Assembly: GCA_964016885.1 (NCBI GenBank)
Contig: OZ024750.1
Location: 39,494,001 to 39,558,000 of the forward strand
DNA length: 64,000 nucleotides
Direction of reading: 5' to 3'
From: Eledone cirrhosa
Lineage: Eukaryota
Within the stretch, counting starts at the first letter, position 1, and every line of letters starts with the position of its first letter. Made by a program: the position numbers and the translations under genes. The notes under the pieces are model-generated. The model was not told the origin of the DNA, searched no databases, and worked only from the letters and a program-made list of their open reading frames with translations. Positions 15,570-30,200 of the stretch are shown here, piece by piece.

Positions 15570-17169
15570 CACATAGAGGGTTCATCATGCCTGATCAAGG
15601 TCATAACCTCTCCATAGATGATGTCACAATAAAATGCACTCAATACACTCTGTAATGTTTGTGTTAGGAAGGGCATTAGGTGATAGAAGTCATGCTAAAA
15701 ATGGTACCTAATTAGCGAGACATGGTACCATGGTTCATCTAGGATGTGAGTTACTTCAATTATGTACTTAGTCTCAAATGACATGTCCAACTCATTGGAA
15801 AATAGGTTTAAAATGATATAGCTTTAGGTCTAGTAGTATCTCTGGCTAACGTTATAAAAATAGTTAATATCAATGTTACATATATAACTGGTGTCTGTAA
15901 ATTATTGGTACTTTGCCAGTTTTGTAGGCTGCAGCTTTTCTAAATCTGTTGTAATGTTATATAGAACAAACTCTTATATAATATATAGCAGCTATCATTA
16001 TTGTTTCATTGTGTAATTTATACCAGCAAATATGTGTAAATATATAGATAAATGTGCATAATGTGTGTGTGTATGTGTGTAAATGAGGTTGGTGTTAGGA
16101 TGGGCATCCAGGTGTAAAAATCCCAGCTAAAATAGCTGTCTGAGCAAGGTAGACTGTCGCCAGCTGGCCAGGTTTGTCTCATGATGTAGATGACCCGTCT
16201 AACCCATGCAAGCATGGTAAAATATGTGTTAAACAGTGATGATGATGATAATGATGTGTGTGTGTTCATTCAGAGACTAATCAAATTACTTTTTATGAAG
16301 CAAACATTACTTTCTTTTGTATAATCATTATTACTTTTAATTATATTATCATATTACTGTTTTACATTGGCTTTAGATTAACATTCAATTTGCTGATGAT
16401 GCCACAATCATTGATTATGTATTACCTGTTTACACCTGCTCTAATTGCATATTAATTAGGAGACAATACCCTTTTTTTCTTTGTCTCTCTCTGTAATAAT
16501 TTAAAGTTTAACTCAGATATTTGTAGTATCTTAACTATTGACTAGATTGAGGACATTTTCAAATTTTAAAATGATCCAATGATAGTTTTGTACTTTTGAA
16601 TAAAACTTTACAAGGTTTCAAGTTAACTTTAAATTCAACAAATGACTTATTTGAACTTGGTTTGAAACCTGAGACTAAAAGATTATAGCTGTGACAGGTG
16701 ATGGATACATGATACTATATTTTACTGCTTGAAAAGAAAAGGTGACATTGTTTTGTTAGTAGCACACTTTTACAGTGTTGTGATAAAGGAAATATAATTT
16801 TCATCTGCTTTGCTGTATTTGCTTTGTCTGGCTGTACTCTGAGTTCAAATCCTGTCAAAGTCAACTTTTCTTTAGGACTAGTGGGATTATTAGGGTCAGC
16901 TGTTGGTTTTTGGCTCTTTTGTGTTAAAATCTCACTGGCCTCTACATGAGTGATAAACTGTTAGTTGGTTTAACAGCACCACCTGGCCCTTGGGTGTAAT
17001 TAGTAGAGCTCAGGTGTAAACATTCAGACTTCTCTCTCTCACTGGTTTTTGAGGCCCTGAAAAGGGCTATGAGCATTCTTTTCCTCTCAGTTCTTGCAGT
17101 TTGGTATTATGACATTAAATAAAAATGTAATACATTTTGTTTTTCAGAAACTCCTTCTAAATTTCTATC

Positions 17170-17233
17170 ATGGCACCTCCATCATATGCTGACCTTGGCA
17201 AAAGCTCAAGGGATCTTTTTTCCAAAGGATACA
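17170..17233 (+). CDS. VDAC: VDAC coding exon 1
   Basis: [21 protein letters not shown]; donor GTAAGT at 17234. The acceptor TTTTCAG at 17147 implies an upstream non-coding exon. Confidence 0.95.
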
Positions 17234-20200
17234 GTAAGTATTATATTTATAGGGATTATATTTTTTAAAGTTTTTTCTAATATTAAAATATAACCTCTAT
17301 AAATGCTAGTTTATTTTCAGTTCACATGTGTACATATTTCTTTTTCAATGTTTCCATTGCAACAAGTTTAAAAGGTTGTATAATAGGAGTGGAAATTGGA
17401 AAAAATTAAATAGTGAATTTCTCTGACTATATAGTTGTAGTGTTGTATATATGGGGTATGTCTTATCTCTATGGTACTTTCTTTTTTACACAAGTATAGT
17501 CTTCAATCTGATCTCCATGTACAGACAATGCAGCATCATTTGTCTTACATTGTTACTGCAAATTTATATTGTCTTTTACTATATAATTTGATGGTTTTAG
17601 ATATGTATTGTTTAAGAAGCTATGATTTATCAGTAGCAAAGTTGGTGTATTTGTTCTCCTACCCAGTTCTTGTTGAAGAAGCTATGATTTATCAGTAGCA
17701 AAGTTGGTGTATTTGTTCTCCTACCCAGTACTTGTTGAAGAAGCTATAATTTATCGGTAGTAAAGTTGGTGTATTTGTTCTCCTACCCAGTACTTGTTTA
17801 AGAAGCTATGATTTATCAGTAGTAAAGTTGGTGTATTTGTTCTCCTACCCAGTACTTGTTGAAGAAGCTATGATTTATCAGTAGCAAAGTTGGTGTATTT
17901 GTTCTCCTACCCAGTACTTGTTGAAGAAGCTATGATTTATCAGTAGCAAAGTTGGTGTATTTGTTCTCCTACCCAGTACTTGTTGAAGAAGCTATGATTT
18001 ATCAGTAGCAAAGTTGGTGTATTTGTTCTCCTACCCAGTACTTGTTGAAGAAGCTATGATTTATCAGTAGTAAAGTTGGTGTATTTGTTCTCCTACCCAG
18101 TACTTGTTGAAGAAGCTATGATTTATCAGTAGCAAAGTTGGTGTATTTGTTAGTGTGTAGTTTATAATTATCAATATAGAGCAGAAAGAGGAGTGTTTAA
18201 TATTGTTGACTCATTCCAAGTTCATTGGAATTGATTATCCTTATGATATATGTTCTGGCTGTTTGTGTTATTTGGAGCTCATATCCTGCTGTGACCTCCT
18301 ACTTTAGTGGTAAACTTCATGTCACCCAGTTTAATACCACCACCACTTGGCCATTGAGTGACTGTTGTATATATTTGAGCAAGTTATCTGGCTTCAAGAT
18401 GTTTTCCCCAGCCTCAGAGGTTCTGATAAAGGCTGTGGGTAGTGTCTTCCTCTGTAACTAAACAGTAAAAAAAATCAGTTTTTATGGAATCTAATTTAAT
18501 AAATACAAAAAAAAACATTAGAGACTCAAATGATAAACTCATAATTTAATGATATAGAAATGTTTTTATGCACGAGATATACAGTTAAATCCTAAAATGA
18601 AAATATAATTTACAATTTCTGTGATGGAGGCACATGGCTTAGTGGTTAGAGCATTGGCCTTGCAATCGAAAGGTTGTGAGTTCAATTCTCAGACCGGGTG
18701 ATGTGTTGTTTCCTTGAGCAAGAGACTTTATTTCACATTGCTCCAGTTTACTCAGCTGTAGAAATGAGATGATAGGGACTGGGGTCCCTATCATTCCACT
18801 GCAAAGTGGTCGTGGAGGTGTCACGGCAAAAAAGCACCCAGCACTCACTGTAAATGAGGTTGGTGTTAGGAAGGGCATCCAGCTGTAGAAATCAAGCCAG
18901 AATCAGTTCCCGTCCCACCCTTGCAAGCAGGGAAAAGCAGACGTAAAATGAAATGATGATGATGATGATGAATGATGATGTGTATAGATATTGATCGGGC
19001 CTATACAAATTTGGTGTTTTAGAGTATCAATAGTAAAGATCAAACTTCTTATTTATGGTTCACATACTTTTAAATCTGTCAAAGCCATCTGTTTCCCATT
19101 TTTCATAATCCAATAATTTTAAAGTACTTTTAAGCAGATGTTATGTATTTAAAGTTTTGGATAGAATTAGATTTTGAGGTTCTGTTTATTGTTGTTGATA
19201 GCTTAATGTACCTTAGTATGTTCCTGTAAATGGCTCTCTTGTGATGTGGTTTGCTTTGAAACCATGTTTCGGGTTCATTCCTACTGTGGCAACCTTGGAC
19301 TAACCAATACCTTGGACTAACCAATACCTTGTGAGTGATATTTGATAGACAGGAACCGTGTGGAAGCCCATCTTGTGTGTGTACTTGCCTCTACATGTGT
19401 CTTCATGTTGACATTGCTTTAAAGAACTGATGCCATTTGTTTATGACTTGCATAATGTCCGACAACTTAGTAGTTTGACAGGTGAAGATGGAGTAAGTAC
19501 CATAAGAGGTTGACACGAGGAAGGACATTTAGCTGAGGAATTGTGCCTTGAAAGATCTCATCCAACCCATGCTAGCAGACATATAAACATGGGGGTTATA
19601 TCCATTCTGGTCATAAGACTTATGGTGATCTCTGAGCTAATTAAGTCTATTTTTAATTGATAATGGAGTGATGATCAACAGAAAGGGCATTCAACTGTAA
19701 AAACAATCCAATAAACTGTTCCACCTTAAAAAATACCTGATTTAAGAAATAATTTTGTGCCTACTTTTCAGGCTGTCATGATCTGAGATCAGATGGGCCA
19801 GAATACCAGATTTTACTCGTTCCATATTTGGTATAATCTCTGTAGTTGGATGGATGCCCTTCCACCAACCATTTTAGAGAATTTGCTGGGTACATCTGAT
19901 TGTGGCACCATCACTAGAGCTTGTTAAGCTACAGCAGGACTATAGACTTTTCTCAACTTTACATGATTGCCATTTTCATGTCTGTCTTTTTTTTTTTTTT
20001 TTCTGTTCTTGCTTCTGATAGATGTGATATTTATATTTAATGATTATTGGGCTTGGCTGGTCACACTTGGGGATCTAGCCGGATCAGTTAGAGACGGTTG
20101 CTTCTGACTGGAACCACTGGAGGGAGTGTTTGAAGACTGCCCCCACGACCCTCTCAAGAATAAGGAGGTGAAGATTAAATAATTAATGAAAGGTACCTTT

Positions 20201-23200
20201 TAAAATTGTATTTCTTTTTCTTTATTTCAGATTATGGATTTTTCAAATTGGAATGTAAAACAAAAACATCTAAAGGAGTATCCCTTACGACAAGTGGAAG
20301 TTCTAACAGTGAATCTGGCAAAGTTAATGGTAGTTTAGAGACCAAATACAAATGGGAAGAGTATGGTTAGTATAAGTCTTAGGTTTTATATGTCTGATTC
20401 TTGTTTTACTGTTTATTTTCAGAGTTTAGACTGCAATGTTTTTACTTTGGATCAATAAAATATGAAATACCAGCTCTGGTGTAGGGGTTGATTGAATACT
20501 AGCCCTGGTGTAGGTGAAATACCAGCCCTGGTGTAGGGGTTGATTGAATACTAGCCCTGGTGTAGGGGTTGATTGAATACTAGCCCTGGTGTAGGTGAAA
20601 TACCAGCCCTGGTGTAGGGGTTGATTGAATACTAGCCCTGGTGTAGGTGAAATACCAGCCCTGGTGTAGGGGTTGATTGAATACTAGCCCTGGTGTAGGG
20701 GCTGATTGAATACTAGCCCTGGTGTAGGTGAAATACCAGCCCTGGTGTAGGGGCTGATTGAATACTAGCCCTGGTGTAGGTGAAATACCAGCCCTGGTGT
20801 AGATGAAATACCAGCCCTGGTGTAGATGAAATACCAGCCCTGGTGTAGATGAAATACCAGCCCTGGTGTAGATGAAATACCAGCCCTGGTGTAGATGAAA
20901 TACCAGCCCTGGTGTAGATGAAATACCAGCCCTGGTGTAGATGAAATACCAGCCCTGGTGTAGATGAAATACCAGCCCTGGTGTAGATGAAATACCAGCC
21001 CTGGTGTAGATGAAATACCAGCCCTGGTGTTTGTGAAATACCAGCCCTGGTGTATGTGAAATACCAGCCCTGGTGTATGTAAAATACCAGCCCTGGTGTA
21101 GATGAAATACCAGCCCTGGTGTAGATGAAATACCAGCCCTGGTGTAGGAGTTGATTAAATCAACTGATCTCAAATTTGCTTTAAAAAAACCCATTATTTA
21201 AGGTAAAATGTCTGAAAATGTTTATTTATCATGTACATAGAAGCTGCTTATAATAATCAGTTAATTTTATGAAATGGTTATTTTCAAAATGAGTTACAAA
21301 CATGCTCCAGATATATCCTCTGCTTAATGTTATCAGTTGGTTATTATCTAAAAAGGTCATCTCCAAGTGATCACAATAAGTGGTTTCCACTGTAATAGAA
21401 ACATTAGACAGGAAAGTTAAATAATTAAAATATCTGACAATGACAAGGTTGTTAATGTTGGACAAAAAGCTTTGAAGTATTCTATCTCTGTGTTCTGAAA
21501 GGCCAAGTTGACCATAGCAGGATCTGAATAGTTTGAAGGCCATTAAAATAAAGTAACTGTATAAGGTCGAGCATTGGTAGAATTATTAGAACCTCAGATA
21601 GCTTACTGTATTTGTTCTGGCTCTCTGAATTCTGAGTTCAAATTCTGTTATGGCTTAGGTGGTTGTCTTAATCTGTCACCTGATTTATCGCCACCATCTG
21701 GCCCTTGTGTGACGTTAGTAGCGTTACTCTGTTGCAAGAATTCAGGACAGGTTTTCTGTTGGAAGATACTGTCCTTCCTCCAATACATCAAATTTAAAAT
21801 TCTGCAAAAGGGCCATGGGCCTTAATTGCCCTTTTCTGACAAAACAGTAAAAAACAAAATACTGATATATTTTCCCAGTAGAAATAGTTGGCTTGGAGAA
21901 GCTTCTTTATTTCTAAATATTTAAATTTATACTAATTTTTGTTTGAAGGTTTCAACTAGCCCCTCTAAAATCACTGGTATTCATTAGAATTTACTCAGCA
22001 TTACAAAGTTCTAGCGAAAACCATGGTATTTAGTCTTTTTAAAGATTTATGTTCAATTCTTTTTAAGGATTTTGTTTGTATTAGATGTTGCTGTAAATTA
22101 ACATCATTCCTTTAGACCAGTGATTCATAAATTTATTTTGTTATGGGACCCCTTTTATGATTTTCTAAATATTGCAGAACACAATACCTATATTTTAAAG
22201 ACAATCTTCACTAATTTTAATGACATAAATGGAAGAAAAATAATTTTAAAGAGAGAATTTATATAAATACAAAACACATTTTTATCAAGTTACCTTATCT
22301 TGTGGAACCCCAGAATGTTTTCACATAACCTTAAAGCTACTCTAAACTCTTTTTAGGAAGCTACTCTAGATAGTTTTTTTAAATTAAAATCTTAGCTTAT
22401 TCAAGAACTATCGGGTGTAAAAATCCTGAATATTTCCAATAACTAACTCAACTTCTGAAAACCTGGACATTCTATTAATGTAAAGAATGTTTCATGATTT
22501 TAAAATAGTTAAACATGTATTAACAGGTTCTATATTTATTTTTTAGGTATGACATTTTCTGAAAAATGGAACACTGACAATATCCTGGCCACAGAAATCA
22601 CTGTTGAAGACCAAATTGCTAAGGGATTAAAAGTTTCCTTTGATACATCATTTGCTCCTCAGACTGGGTATGTATTTGTAGTGTGGTTATATATTTTATA
22701 TTGACTCCTAGGCCACATTGTGCTCTCAGCCCACTCTGTAAAATGATAGTGCTGGTGCCATGATAAAAGCACCCAATCCGTCCTGTAAAGTGGTAGTGCC
22801 AGAGGTATGATATAATGCTTCCAGTACACTCTGTAAAGTGGTTATTAGGAAGAGCTTCTCGATGTAGAAACCAAGCCAAAACAAAATGGAGTGTATGAGC
22901 AAAGTATGATCACCTGACCAGTCCAGTCTCAGTATGTGACAACCCATTTAAGCCATGCAAACATGGAAAATAGATGTTAAGCAGTGATGATGATGACTTC
23001 GTTATCCTCTCCACCCCCTCCTCTGCTAAACACCATACTATCATTTAATCCTTAGTAACCTTCCACATAGCTATCAACTACATACAAGCTACTCCCATCC
23101 TAGTCTTGCACTGCACTATCACGAACAGAGACCTTGAGAAGATCTGCCAATGAAGCATATCATTGTATATTATATACAGGTTTACCCCTCAACAGTTGAG

Positions 23201-26200
23201 CTTTACAGTATGGTGTGGCAATACTGTTCTTTTCACTTATTAAATGTTTGGGATAACCAACAAATTATATATTTTAGATACACTAAAAAATTCTATAGAT
23301 TAGAGAATTTGATTTAAAATGTTTAATCTGTCAAAATTGATCAGTCTGGTAGTTTCATAACTTATGTTGAGTTTGGATACAAGCATGGCAGTAATTTACT
23401 TTATATTTATTATACTTTCACATAATTATCTTACATAATATCAAATTTATGAGATTTTGATATTTATTTTGAGAACAATACCTTAACACCAATGAGTGGC
23501 CGGTTACAGCCGGTTTGAACAGAAAGAGGTGAGAGAATTCTGACTGGATATGGCCAGTTTAAATGCTAAAGTGTTAATGGACTGTACATGTATATTGAAA
23601 AGTTGAGCCTTGTCAGATTGTTTTCCTTGGTTCTTCCTGAGAATGATGTTAGCAGTATGTGTCTGGTCGTTATTTGAACAACCAGAACACTGCCAGAATC
23701 AGTCGAGATCCATTTATCTTGACTACTGGGAAATAGGTTTTTAGATTTGGTTTACAAATTACTGTAACAGAATTAAAGATTAACTGATTAATTGCTGTAT
23801 TAAGATATTTTAAAATATGAAATAATGTTGACTTTGTATAATAAAGATTTGTCTTGAAAACTGTTTAAAATTTTTTTTTTTCTTTTTTCAGTAAAAGAAG
23901 CGGAAAAATCAAAACTGGCTATAAAAATGATTATATCAATGGTGGAGTGGATGTTGACTTTGAATTTGCAGGGCCTACAGTCCATGGTGCTTTAGTACTA
24001 GGGTAATTATATGATTTAACTTTATAATACAATATATATATTGATATGGAGGCACATGGCTTAGTGGTTAGAGCATTGGCTTTGCAATTGAAAGGTTGTG
24101 AGTTCAGTTCTCAGACCGGGTGATGTTGTTTCCTTGAGCAAGACACTTTATTTCACATTGCTCCAGTTTACTCAGCTGTAGATATGAGATGATAGGGACT
24201 GGGGTCCCTATCATTCTACTGCAAAGAGGCCGTGGAGGTCTCACATAAAAGAAAGCACCCAGCCCACACTGTAAAGTGGACGTGTAGGTGCCACGGAAAA
24301 AAAGCACCCAGCACTCACTGTAAATGAGGTTGGTGTTAGGAAGAGCATCCAGCTGTAGAAATCAAGCCAGAATCAGTTCCCGTCCCACCCTTGCAAGCAG
24401 GGAAAAGCGGACGTATGATGATGATGATGATGATATATATATATATATATATATATTGATATATCAACTGTTAAACTAGAATTCTAAAGATGTTGATTGG
24501 AATTTTCATTTGGTTCAATGAAATATTTGTATTAAGGAGCAGAGCTATCCATTAAACATTTTTTATTGAACCTCTGGGCTTCCAGAGTTTACTTAACTCT
24601 TTTTGTGAGTCTACTTTTTATAGTTTTATCCAGAATATTCTCCCCGTGCACAATTCTACAAAATTGTAAAATATGTAGTTAGTAAAATTACTAAGCCTTA
24701 TTTTTGTTAGCCCATTAAGCTGGTGTTTGGAAGCTCATACAAGTTGTTTGTCTAAAACTATGGTGGAACTTTTACTTCCTAAAATATTACATTAGCAATA
24801 GTATGCAAAATTTAGGCTGAAGTTTTAACCCTTTTGATACTAACAAATCAAAAATTACCTTTGGTTCTCTGAAACAAAACCTTGTATTTGAAAGTGTTCC
24901 CTATTTAAATTGAAATTTTCCAACATTTTAAGGTATATTATAAATGCCATTTTCATAATGAAATAATTATTTTAGTAAATTCTTTTAAATTTTTCATTAA
25001 TGAATTGAAATAGTGTATTTCATTAGGAATATGGTAAAAAAAGGGTTAATTAAAATCTGAACACTTTAATGACTAGTTTAGTAAGGTTCAACAGAAGGTT
25101 GATGTTGAAAGAATTAATCATTTAATTTCACTTTTGGAACATCATGGTTCTGTATTCAGGAGTTGACCCTTTTGCTATATATTGTATTTTTAAATTAAAT
25201 AGATCCTATCAAATATTTCAAGGTATATTTTTAATATGCTTAATTGGAACTAATTTAGTGTTTAGATGAAGTCTGATTTCACTTAACATATTTATCTTTT
25301 ATGTTTTATCTTTTATCTACATTTTTTAACAATGTCTACATTTAATCAATATATGCTGCCATTTGTAGTTTTTCTGCTCTTATATATTATCATATCTTCT
25401 ATTTTCAGCTACATGGGATGGTTAGCTGGTTACCAGATGTCTTTTGATACATCTAAATCCAAGCTTTCTCGTAGTAATTTCGCAGTTGGATATTCTGCTG
25501 GTGACTTCACTCTGCATACGAACGTGTAAGTTTTTTTTTATCTTTCTCACTCTCTCTGACTATGTAAGGCAGGATGGAATATTTAAATTTGGAGTGACTG
25601 GATAAGATTGAGGTGGGTATAGTTGTGTTGTGTATCTAATATTGCCAGGTGTTCTGGCTAGCTGGACAGTGTTGGTGGTGGGGAGCTATCTTGAGTTGAT
25701 GATTCAGACCCTTTGTGTCTGATACTGCCAATATATTTACATACTGCTTGTATTTAATTTTGGTTTCATTAGATCAGTTCTTTCATCACAACCCAAGACC
25801 TTATTGAGGATGATGTTCTCTTTGTGTGTTTACTCCTCACCAACAGTTGCTGAGTTCTCTGTTTCTCAGAACTGAATTAAATGATTGTTGATTGATGACA
25901 AAACCAAAGTGAAATACAAGTGTATTCTTATTGGCATTATGAACCTACCACAGGGTGGTAGATTGGCAGTATCGAAAGAGGCATTGGACATGTTTTGTCA
26001 CATAGAGTTAACCTCTTTGTTTTGAGTTGAAATCCTGCTGAGATTAGCTTTCTTTCATCCTTATGGGGCTTGCTAAAATTTAATTTCATCAACTTCCCTT
26101 TCCCAAGATTGTTGGCCTTGTGCCTAAATCAAAAACCATTATGATCATACCAATGTTTTGGTATACATTCACATTGTAAGAGTTAATTAAAAGGGCTGGT

Positions 26201-27219
26201 GTTAAGAAGGGTATCTGACCATAAAGTACTCCATGAGGAGTTATGAAGACTGCCACGGGGCTCATGTGGTTAACCCCTAGCAGGGAAAAATGACCTTAAA
26301 ATGCTTGTTATTAGCTCCCCAGAATATAATGTTTCAATACAGGATGTCACCTCGAGAAACTTGTAAAACAAATTTAAAAAATATTAAGAGATGAGATTAA
26401 ATGTGAAAATGTTGGTTCTACCAGATAAAATGATGTAGGGTTGGAAGAAGATATGTGCTGATGTGGTCATCTTAGATCTTGTAAAGTACAATGAAGCTTT
26501 GGTTTTACTTGTGCCAACCAAATTTGTACGTCCAAGGCTTAAAGAGTAAAGACCAGATCATGTCTGTTTTTAGTTACATAATTTTATGGAAAAAAAGGAA
26601 AAGTCCACCTTATTGAAAGTGCTGTACTTATTCTGTAGGTTTTGTTTTGCTGCTTAGCTGTATATAATGTTATAAAATAAAACCAGTTAATATAGTATAA
26701 TAGATATTATAGATTCCAAATAATTTGGGATCAAATCATTTTCCAAACTGAAATGTTGGCATTACTTGCTAAATTCAAGTAAAAATATTAACTTTTCATA
26801 GGAGTTAAAGCATATTTCTAAATTATTTTCAATATGATTGAAAAAAAAAGCACCCAGCACACGCTGTAAATGTGGTTGGTATTAGGAAGGGCACATGGCT
26901 TAGTGGTTAGAGCATTGGGCTTGCAATCAAAAGATTGTGAGTTCAATTCTCAGACCGGGTGATTCCTTGAGTTGTTTCCTTGAGCAAGACACTTTATTTC
27001 ACATTGCTCCAGTTTACTCAACTGTAGAAATGAGATGATAGGAACTGGGGTCCCTATCATTCCACTGCAAAGTGGTCGTGGAGGTGCCATGGCAAAAAAG
27101 CACCCAGCACTCACTGTAAATGAGGTTGGTGTTAGGAAGGGCATCCAGCTGTAGAAATCAAGCCAGAATCAGTTCCCGTCCCACCCTTGCAAGCAGGGAA
27201 AAAGCGGACGTAAAAATGA

Positions 27220-27264
<45 letters not shown>

Positions 27265-30200
27265 GCTGTAGAAACCAAGCCAAAATCAGTTCTGTGTGAG
27301 CAAGACACGGTCCCCCGACCTGATCTCTTATAAAGGAACAGCTCATCCTACCCATGCTAGTGTGGAAGATGGATGTTAAATGATGATGATGATTGTCTTT
27401 TTAAATGATGTGTTTATCGTGGTTTTTAGAATAGATATACTGTATCTCTGCATGTTGTAAAGAGGCAACTAAAGTTGGCATCAGGAGGGGCATCCGGCTG
27501 TAATACATGTTTCAAAACATCCCGTCCAACCCATGCCAACATGGTATAGTGGATGTAAAAACGATGAGTATATGAGGCATTGTAAGATATGTGGTTATGA
27601 TTGTTTTTTTAAAAACTGGTACAATGTAAATTATAAATGGATTTGATGTCTGTAAAAACACTTAGTGTCAACACATAACTCCTTGAAATGGAATCCTAAC
27701 CTTGAAATATAAAGTAAAAATGTTTGTTTTTACTCTTGTTTTCACTCTTCTATATTCTAATTGTATCAGCTTTTGTAAAACAAATTTAAAAAATTTTTTT
27801 TTTTGTTTTTATATATGTTTTATTTTTTTAAAATAGAAATGATGGAACAGAATTCTGTGGTTCTATTTATCAACATGTGAACCCTAAACTTGATATTGGT
27901 GTGAATCTGTCTTGGACATCTAACAGCAATGTCACTAGATTTGGTTTAGGTGGTAAATACATCTTGGATAGTGATACTTCAGTTTCTGTAAGTATATTTT
28001 CACCTTTCATATTTGTCATCATTTAAAAGGAGAATTTCCTTCCTACTAATGCCTAACATCCTGTAAGGATTTAGTAGAAAATGTCTAAAGATTAGTTAAT
28101 TCAGGTATAATATTTTAGTGGACAAATTGTGAATATTTGTACTATTAAAAGTTTTAATTTTCAACTTGGTGCCATCATAGAATATCTTGCTAATGCGGTT
28201 TCTTGTGGTACAGGATGTTAATATCTAGTCAGGACTAGTTCTGTTAGTTAGATATATCTTAAGATTTCTACATTATCCTCTTAAATTGCAGTAGTCGTTA
28301 TTAGCTTTGAATAGAACACCTTGTATTCAGTCTGTTAAAATCAGATTAAGGTCAACTTTCAGGTTGATAAAGTACTAGTCTAGTGTGGTTGATTCTTTCT
28401 CACTACACCTGGATTCAACAGCAGACTATGGTGAAGGACATAAAGACCATCAAGAAGGGTAAACATAGATGGACTGGCCATGTCTCTGAGAGGCAACAGG
28501 TGGACTATTAAAGCAACAGACACCAAGACAGTGGAGAAGAACTAGAGAATGGCTAAAGGCAAGATGGGGGCAATTATCTGACCCGTTACCTTGGTCCCTA
28601 GTCCCCAGTATGGCCAGATTTAGGAAGTGGTGGAAGTTAACCAGGGAGGGGTTCCTCCAACAGGAGTAAGAAGGTCCTGGATTTGGGTTCTGCCAGGTTT
28701 AAATGTCCAAGACATGCTGTATATTATGAGTATCGATGTTTAAGATATTAGCTCTCTCAATATCTACATGCCAGAAAATAGAAGAAAAAGAAACAAGGCT
28801 TTCTTAAGCCCAGAAGCTCATCAGACCAGAGCTTATCTTGATTTCATTGACATTAAGCAACTGAGTACAGCAATGAAGTTTTGTTTGAAATAATGGAGTG
28901 GAGAACCCCCTCCAGTGTTGGTGTCATGATAAAATGCACCCAGTATACTCTGTAAAGTGGTTAACGTTAGGAAGGCATTCAGTTGTAGAAACCATACCAC
29001 AATAGAACGTTAGTGAGATGTTTTCTGATCTGTCTAGTGGGGTAGTTAGTAACTCCAAATATGAACCAACTTGGAATGTAAGAATCTGTCCAACCCATGC
29101 CAGCATGGAAAATGGCTGTAAAATGATTATTATTTTGATATATTAAGCTTTTATTGATTATTCTGAAGTAGAATGTTTGTTATTTTCATTAATCTTACCT
29201 CCTTTACCAAGCAAAAACATTGAAGATGTGTAAAAAAAAATATTTAACTGTTGACCAAAAACACACGCATTGTAAAACCTTCAAATTGTTTTTAACTGTC
29301 AGGCAGCTTTATTTATCCTTGTTTGTCTAGTAGTCAGGAATTCAGATAAAAAAGTGTACAAATTAAATGGAAATGAGGGTTAATTTCTGCATTATGTATT
29401 TTTTTAAATGTACCTTTCCTGTCACAGTTAAATTTAGCGTTTTGTTACGAATTCTGCTGCCAAATATTTTGAAGCTTTATTATAAACCTACATAGTTTAG
29501 ATAACTCTTTTGTTTTAAATGTGTGGATTATTTTGTGTGACAATAGTTATTTTATTATGAATCAATTTGTAAAATTATTCAACTATTTTAAGCATAATTT
29601 ATTTTATTGCAGGCTAAAATAAACAATTCCAGTCAACTTGGACTTGGTTATTCTCAAAAATTGAGGGACGGTAAGTTAGATATATTTATATATATATATA
29701 TATATATATTCCTTATTGTATTGCATAATTCCCCCATAGGCGGTAGGAAAGATGTGGTTTGGAAGTCCAGGACATTGAATGTTTCCACTGTTACAGGTTT
29801 GACAAGAAAGAGAAGCTGGTATTTTGCGAGCTTGCAATCTTCAGCCTGTCTGTGACAGGTCTGGTGTCATGGTGTCATTCTCACCAGACTGCCACTGGAG
29901 ATAGTATCAATCTAGGTTGCTTCCTAGACTTACCACCTCAGAATGGAGACACACCGTCTGGTCTCTTGACGTTCCTTTGGTCTAATGTCACCAGCTGTGT
30001 CCAAATCTTGTTTGATTCTTATGATACTGACCTGTCTGAAGTCACCTGCTTTTGATACAAACTCTTTGGAGTGGCCGTGTGGTTTAGAAGTTTGCTTCTA
30101 AAGCATATGGTCCAGGGTTTCGCTCCAACTGCATGGGCACACGTCTTTCGCTATAGCCCTGGGTTGACCAGTGTTGTGAGTGAAATGTGGTAGATGGATG

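Noticed and set aside
18626-18700. tRNA gene
   Set aside because: The A/B boxes continue into a multi-copy SINE body and tail, so this is a SINE head.
20580-21194. 204-aa ORF antisense within a VDAC intron
   Set aside because: It is a 23-bp minisatellite read through all three phases.
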